A stretch of 64,000 bases of DNA from an uncultured Flavobacteriales bacterium (GTDB taxonomy: Bacteria > Bacteroidota > Bacteroidia > Flavobacteriales_D > CAJJDF01), in the NCBI GenBank assembly GCA_937129365.1, contig CAKZNB010000005.1, positions 1,021 to 65,020 on the forward strand. Direction: 5' to 3'. A program made the position numbers and the translations under genes. The notes under the pieces are model-generated. The model saw only the letters and a list, made by a program, of their open reading frames with translations, did not search any database and was not told the DNA's origin. Shown piece after piece: positions 61,389 to 64,000 of the stretch (positions are counted from its first letter, which is position 1; every line of letters starts with the position of its first letter).

Positions 61389-61829
61389 ATGGAAATAAAA
61401 GTCGTAAAACATTATAGCAAAGACTATTGGAAATGCGTTCGATTGAGAGATAAAATCCTCAGAGAACCCATAAATCTGATGTTTTCTGAAGAAGAATTGT
61501 ACCTGGAAAACGATCAAATTCATATAGGGTGTTTTGAAGATGAAAAAGCAGTAGGATGTTTTTCTTTTGTAAAATTAAATTCCAATACACTCAAAATGAG
61601 ACAAGTGTGTGTTCACTCTGACCAACAGCAAAAAGGAATTGGAAGCAAAATGATTGAATTCTCTGAACAATGGGCAAAAGATAATGGATACTCAACCATA
61701 ATGTGTCACGCCAGAGAATCTGCTGTTCCTTATTATGAAAAACATGGTTACAAAACTGAGGGGAAATTATTTCGAGAAGTAAGTTTGCCTCATTTAAAAA
61801 TGAAAAAATCACTACAAACTAATAATTAG
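61389..61829 (+). CDS. GNAT-family N-acetyltransferase
   Basis: Acetyl-CoA motif A (QQQKGIGSKMIEF) and a C-terminal YEKHGY block. Confidence 0.8.
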   Translation: MEIKVVKHYSKDYWKCVRLRDKILREPINLMFSEEELYLENDQIHIGCFEDEKAVGCFSFVKLNSNTLKMRQVCVHSDQQQKGIGSKMIEFSEQWAKDNGYSTIMCHARESAVPYYEKHGYKTEGKLFREVSLPHLKMKKSLQTNN

Positions 61830-61873
61830 TTAAATTTTTAACCAACTCATTTTACATTGGCTATATAAAAATG

Positions 61874-61881
61874 TACCTTTG
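61874..61881 (+). promoter_or_regulatory. Candidate -7 promoter box (TACCTTTG)
   Basis: Matches TAnnTTTG 29 nt upstream of the ATG at 61910. Confidence 0.35.
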
Positions 61882-61909
61882 TGTGAATTAAAATAAACAA
61901 TTAAAAATC

Positions 61910-63454
61910 ATGGCAGAAACTGCATTACAACTCGAATTTTTAGCCGAATTAGGCTTACAAGATATTAATAATGGAACCTCTACAGGAATAAATAATTTTT
62001 CAAATGGAGAATTGATAGAATCCTACTCACCAGTTGATGGTCAACTGATTGGAAAAGTAAAAGCTACTACTAAAGAAGATTATGAAAGAGTAATAAAATC
62101 TGCAGAAAAAGCATTTGTAGACTGGAGAATGATGCCAGCTCCAAAAAGAGGAGAAATTGTAAGACAATTTGGAGAAAAATTGAGAAAATATAAAGAGTCT
62201 TTAGGTAAATTGGTTTCTTATGAAATGGGGAAATCTCTGCAAGAAGGTTATGGAGAGGTTCAAGAAATGATTGACATTTGTGACTTTGCTGTTGGATTAT
62301 CTAGACAATTGGATGGATCTACACTGCATAGTGAAAGACCGCTACATAGAATGTATGACCAATATCACCCATTGGGAATTGTAGGAATTATTTCTGCATT
62401 TAACTTTCCTGTGGCTGTTTGGGCATGGAACACAGCATTGGCCTGGATTTGTGGAGATGTTTGTGTCTGGAAACCAAGTGAAAAAGCACCTATGTGTGGA
62501 GTTGCTTGCCAAAACATAATGGCAGAAGTATTAAAAGAGAATGACTTGCCAGAAGGTATTTGTGGATTGATAAACGGAGATTACAAAGTAGGTGAAATGA
62601 TGACTACAGACCATAGATTGCCTCTAATTTCTGCTACAGGAAGTACAAGAATGGGAAGAATTGTAGGGGCTACAGTTGCCGAAAGATTTGGAAAATCATT
62701 ATTGGAATTAGGAGGAAACAATGCCATTATTATCACTCCAAGTGCAGATTTGGAGATGACTATTGTAGGTGCCTTATTTGGAGCAGTGGGAACTGCCGGG
62801 CAGAGATGTACATCTACGCGTAGGTTGATTATTCACGAATCAATGTACAATACAGTAAAAGAAAAATTAGCTTCTGCTTATGCACAAATTAAAATTGGAA
62901 ACCCTTTGGACGAAAGCAACCACATGGGGCCACTAATTGACAAAGATGCTGTAAATACTTACTTAGATGCTATTGAAAAAGCAAAAGCCGAAGGAGGAAA
63001 AGTAGTGGTAGAAGGTGGAGTGCTTGAAGGAGAAGGATACGAAACTGGTTGTTACGTTAAACCTTGTATCATTGAAGCTAAGAACGAAATGGATATCGTT
63101 CAATCAGAGACCTTTGCTCCTATTTTGTATTTATTGAAATACTCTGGAGATGTAAATAATGCCATTGCTCAACAAAATGGTGTTGCACAAGGATTATCTT
63201 CGGCAATTATGACTACAAACATGAGAGAAAGTGAATTATTTTTATCACACAAGGGAAGTGACTGTGGAATTGCCAATGTAAACATTGGAACTTCTGGAGC
63301 GGAAATTGGTGGAGCATTTGGTGGAGAAAAAGAAACTGGAGGCGGAAGAGAATCTGGATCTGATGCTTGGAAAATCTACATGAGAAGACAAACTAACACC
63401 ATTAATTATTCTACTGAATTACCTTTAGCACAAGGGATAAAATTTGAGTTTTAA
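61910..63454 (+). CDS. Aldehyde dehydrogenase, ALDH7 / aminoadipate-semialdehyde dehydrogenase-like
   Basis: Catalytic Glu (LELGGNNA), catalytic Cys (AGQRCTSTRR), and an antiquitin-like N-terminus and C-terminus. Confidence 0.8.
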   Translation: MAETALQLEFLAELGLQDINNGTSTGINNFSNGELIESYSPVDGQLIGKVKATTKEDYERVIKSAEKAFVDWRMMPAPKRGEIVRQFGEKLRKYKESLGKLVSYEMGKSLQEGYGEVQEMIDICDFAVGLSRQLDGSTLHSERPLHRMYDQYHPLGIVGIISAFNFPVAVWAWNTALAWICGDVCVWKPSEKAPMCGVACQNIMAEVLKENDLPEGICGLINGDYKVGEMMTTDHRLPLISATGSTRMGRIVGATVAERFGKSLLELGGNNAIIITPSADLEMTIVGALFGAVGTAGQRCTSTRRLIIHESMYNTVKEKLASAYAQIKIGNPLDESNHMGPLIDKDAVNTYLDAIEKAKAEGGKVVVEGGVLEGEGYETGCYVKPCIIEAKNEMDIVQSETFAPILYLLKYSGDVNNAIAQQNGVAQGLSSAIMTTNMRESELFLSHKGSDCGIANVNIGTSGAEIGGAFGGEKETGGGRESGSDAWKIYMRRQTNTINYSTELPLAQGIKFEF

Positions 63455-63476
63455 GAGTTGAAATAACTTTGGAAAT

Positions 63477-63512
63477 AAAAAACCTCAATCATAACTGATT
63501 GAGGTTTTTTTT
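63477..63512 (+). terminator. Rho-independent terminator after the ALDH gene
   Basis: Stem aacctcaatca/tgattgaggtt with loop taac, followed by T8. Confidence 0.85.
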
Positions 63513-63557
63513 ATGGTCATTTATTTTTAATAACTTAGAGTAATTAAAAATGACTGA

Positions 63558-64000
63558 ATGAAAAAACTTCTACTCCCAATCCTATTCGTATTTCTTTATT
63601 CTTTATCTCAAGCACAAACCTGTGACCCAGACTCTTTGCAAACTATAATTACCAGAGCCAGTCAAACTGACCCAAATATTTCTTTTGAGTTAAAGCAACA
63701 TTATTCATACTACAACCCTACTTGTGTTTCAAGAAATACCTTATTACTTCATCTTGGGGGTTCATTTGGTAAACCTGGAAATTATCAGTTATTCCCAGAA
63801 TTAGCGGGGAACAATGGATTCAATGTAATCAACTTACATTATCCAAACGGAACCGCCTCAAAAACTGCTTGTGGCTCAAGTACAGATACTACTTGTTTTG
63901 TAAAATTCAGAAAAGAAATTTTGGAAGGAATTGATTACAGTACAACCGTATCAGTTGATTCAAATAACTGTATTTACAATAGAGTTATAAAATTATTAAA
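63558..64000 (+). CDS. Secreted hypothetical protein, N-terminal part. It runs off the window end.
   Basis: ATG at 63558, signal peptide MKKLLLPILFVFLYSLSQA, and a frame that stays open to base 64000. It is missing from the ORF track only because no stop codon is reached. Confidence 0.5.
   Translation, partial: MKKLLLPILFVFLYSLSQAQTCDPDSLQTIITRASQTDPNISFELKQHYSYYNPTCVSRNTLLLHLGGSFGKPGNYQLFPELAGNNGFNVINLHYPNGTASKTACGSSTDTTCFVKFRKEILEGIDYSTTVSVDSNNCIYNRVIKLL

Overview
AT-rich chromosomal segment that looks like Bacteroidota (Flavobacteriia-like). This call rests on six proteins with T9SS C-terminal sorting domains, TAnnTTTG-type -7 promoter boxes, GlsA/GlsB-like lipid genes and the overall gene content. 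I support about 50 CDS, 4 tRNAs (Leu-GAG, Lys-UUU, Pro-UGG, His-GUG), an SRP RNA, a cobalamin riboswitch and several rho-independent terminators. I found no transposases, integrases, CRISPR arrays or recognisable defence genes. Most of the window is housekeeping: clpC, topB, rhlE-like, dapA, ligA, prmC, dapD, hutH, hisS, gyrB, hutU and an ALDH. The regions worth a second look are listed here. (1) 54.8-60.0 kb holds a cobalamin-riboswitch-controlled operon. It combines a BtuB-like TonB-dependent receptor, a beta-propeller lipoprotein and two T9SS-sorted proteins of unknown function. (2) 46.9-54.6 kb holds two adjacent giant T9SS adhesin-like genes built from an unnamed two-cysteine ~50-aa module. 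One of them contains four 153-bp tandem units that differ at 13 nucleotide sites, all synonymous. (3) 35.5-40.0 kb holds an ABC/HlyD/TolC exporter whose ABC nucleotide-binding domain is degenerate in nearly every catalytic motif. (4) 40.2-42.4 kb holds an ars operon that ends in an aquaglyceroporin rather than ArsB/Acr3, with CC-rich C-terminal tails on two of its proteins. (5) There is a prokaryotic NOX/FRE-type haem-flavin oxidoreductase with intact bis-His motifs. (6) There is also an N-terminal-twitch radical SAM protein and an atypical Zn-ribbon SDR. All family assignments come from motif reading by eye and need HMM or covariance-model confirmation.
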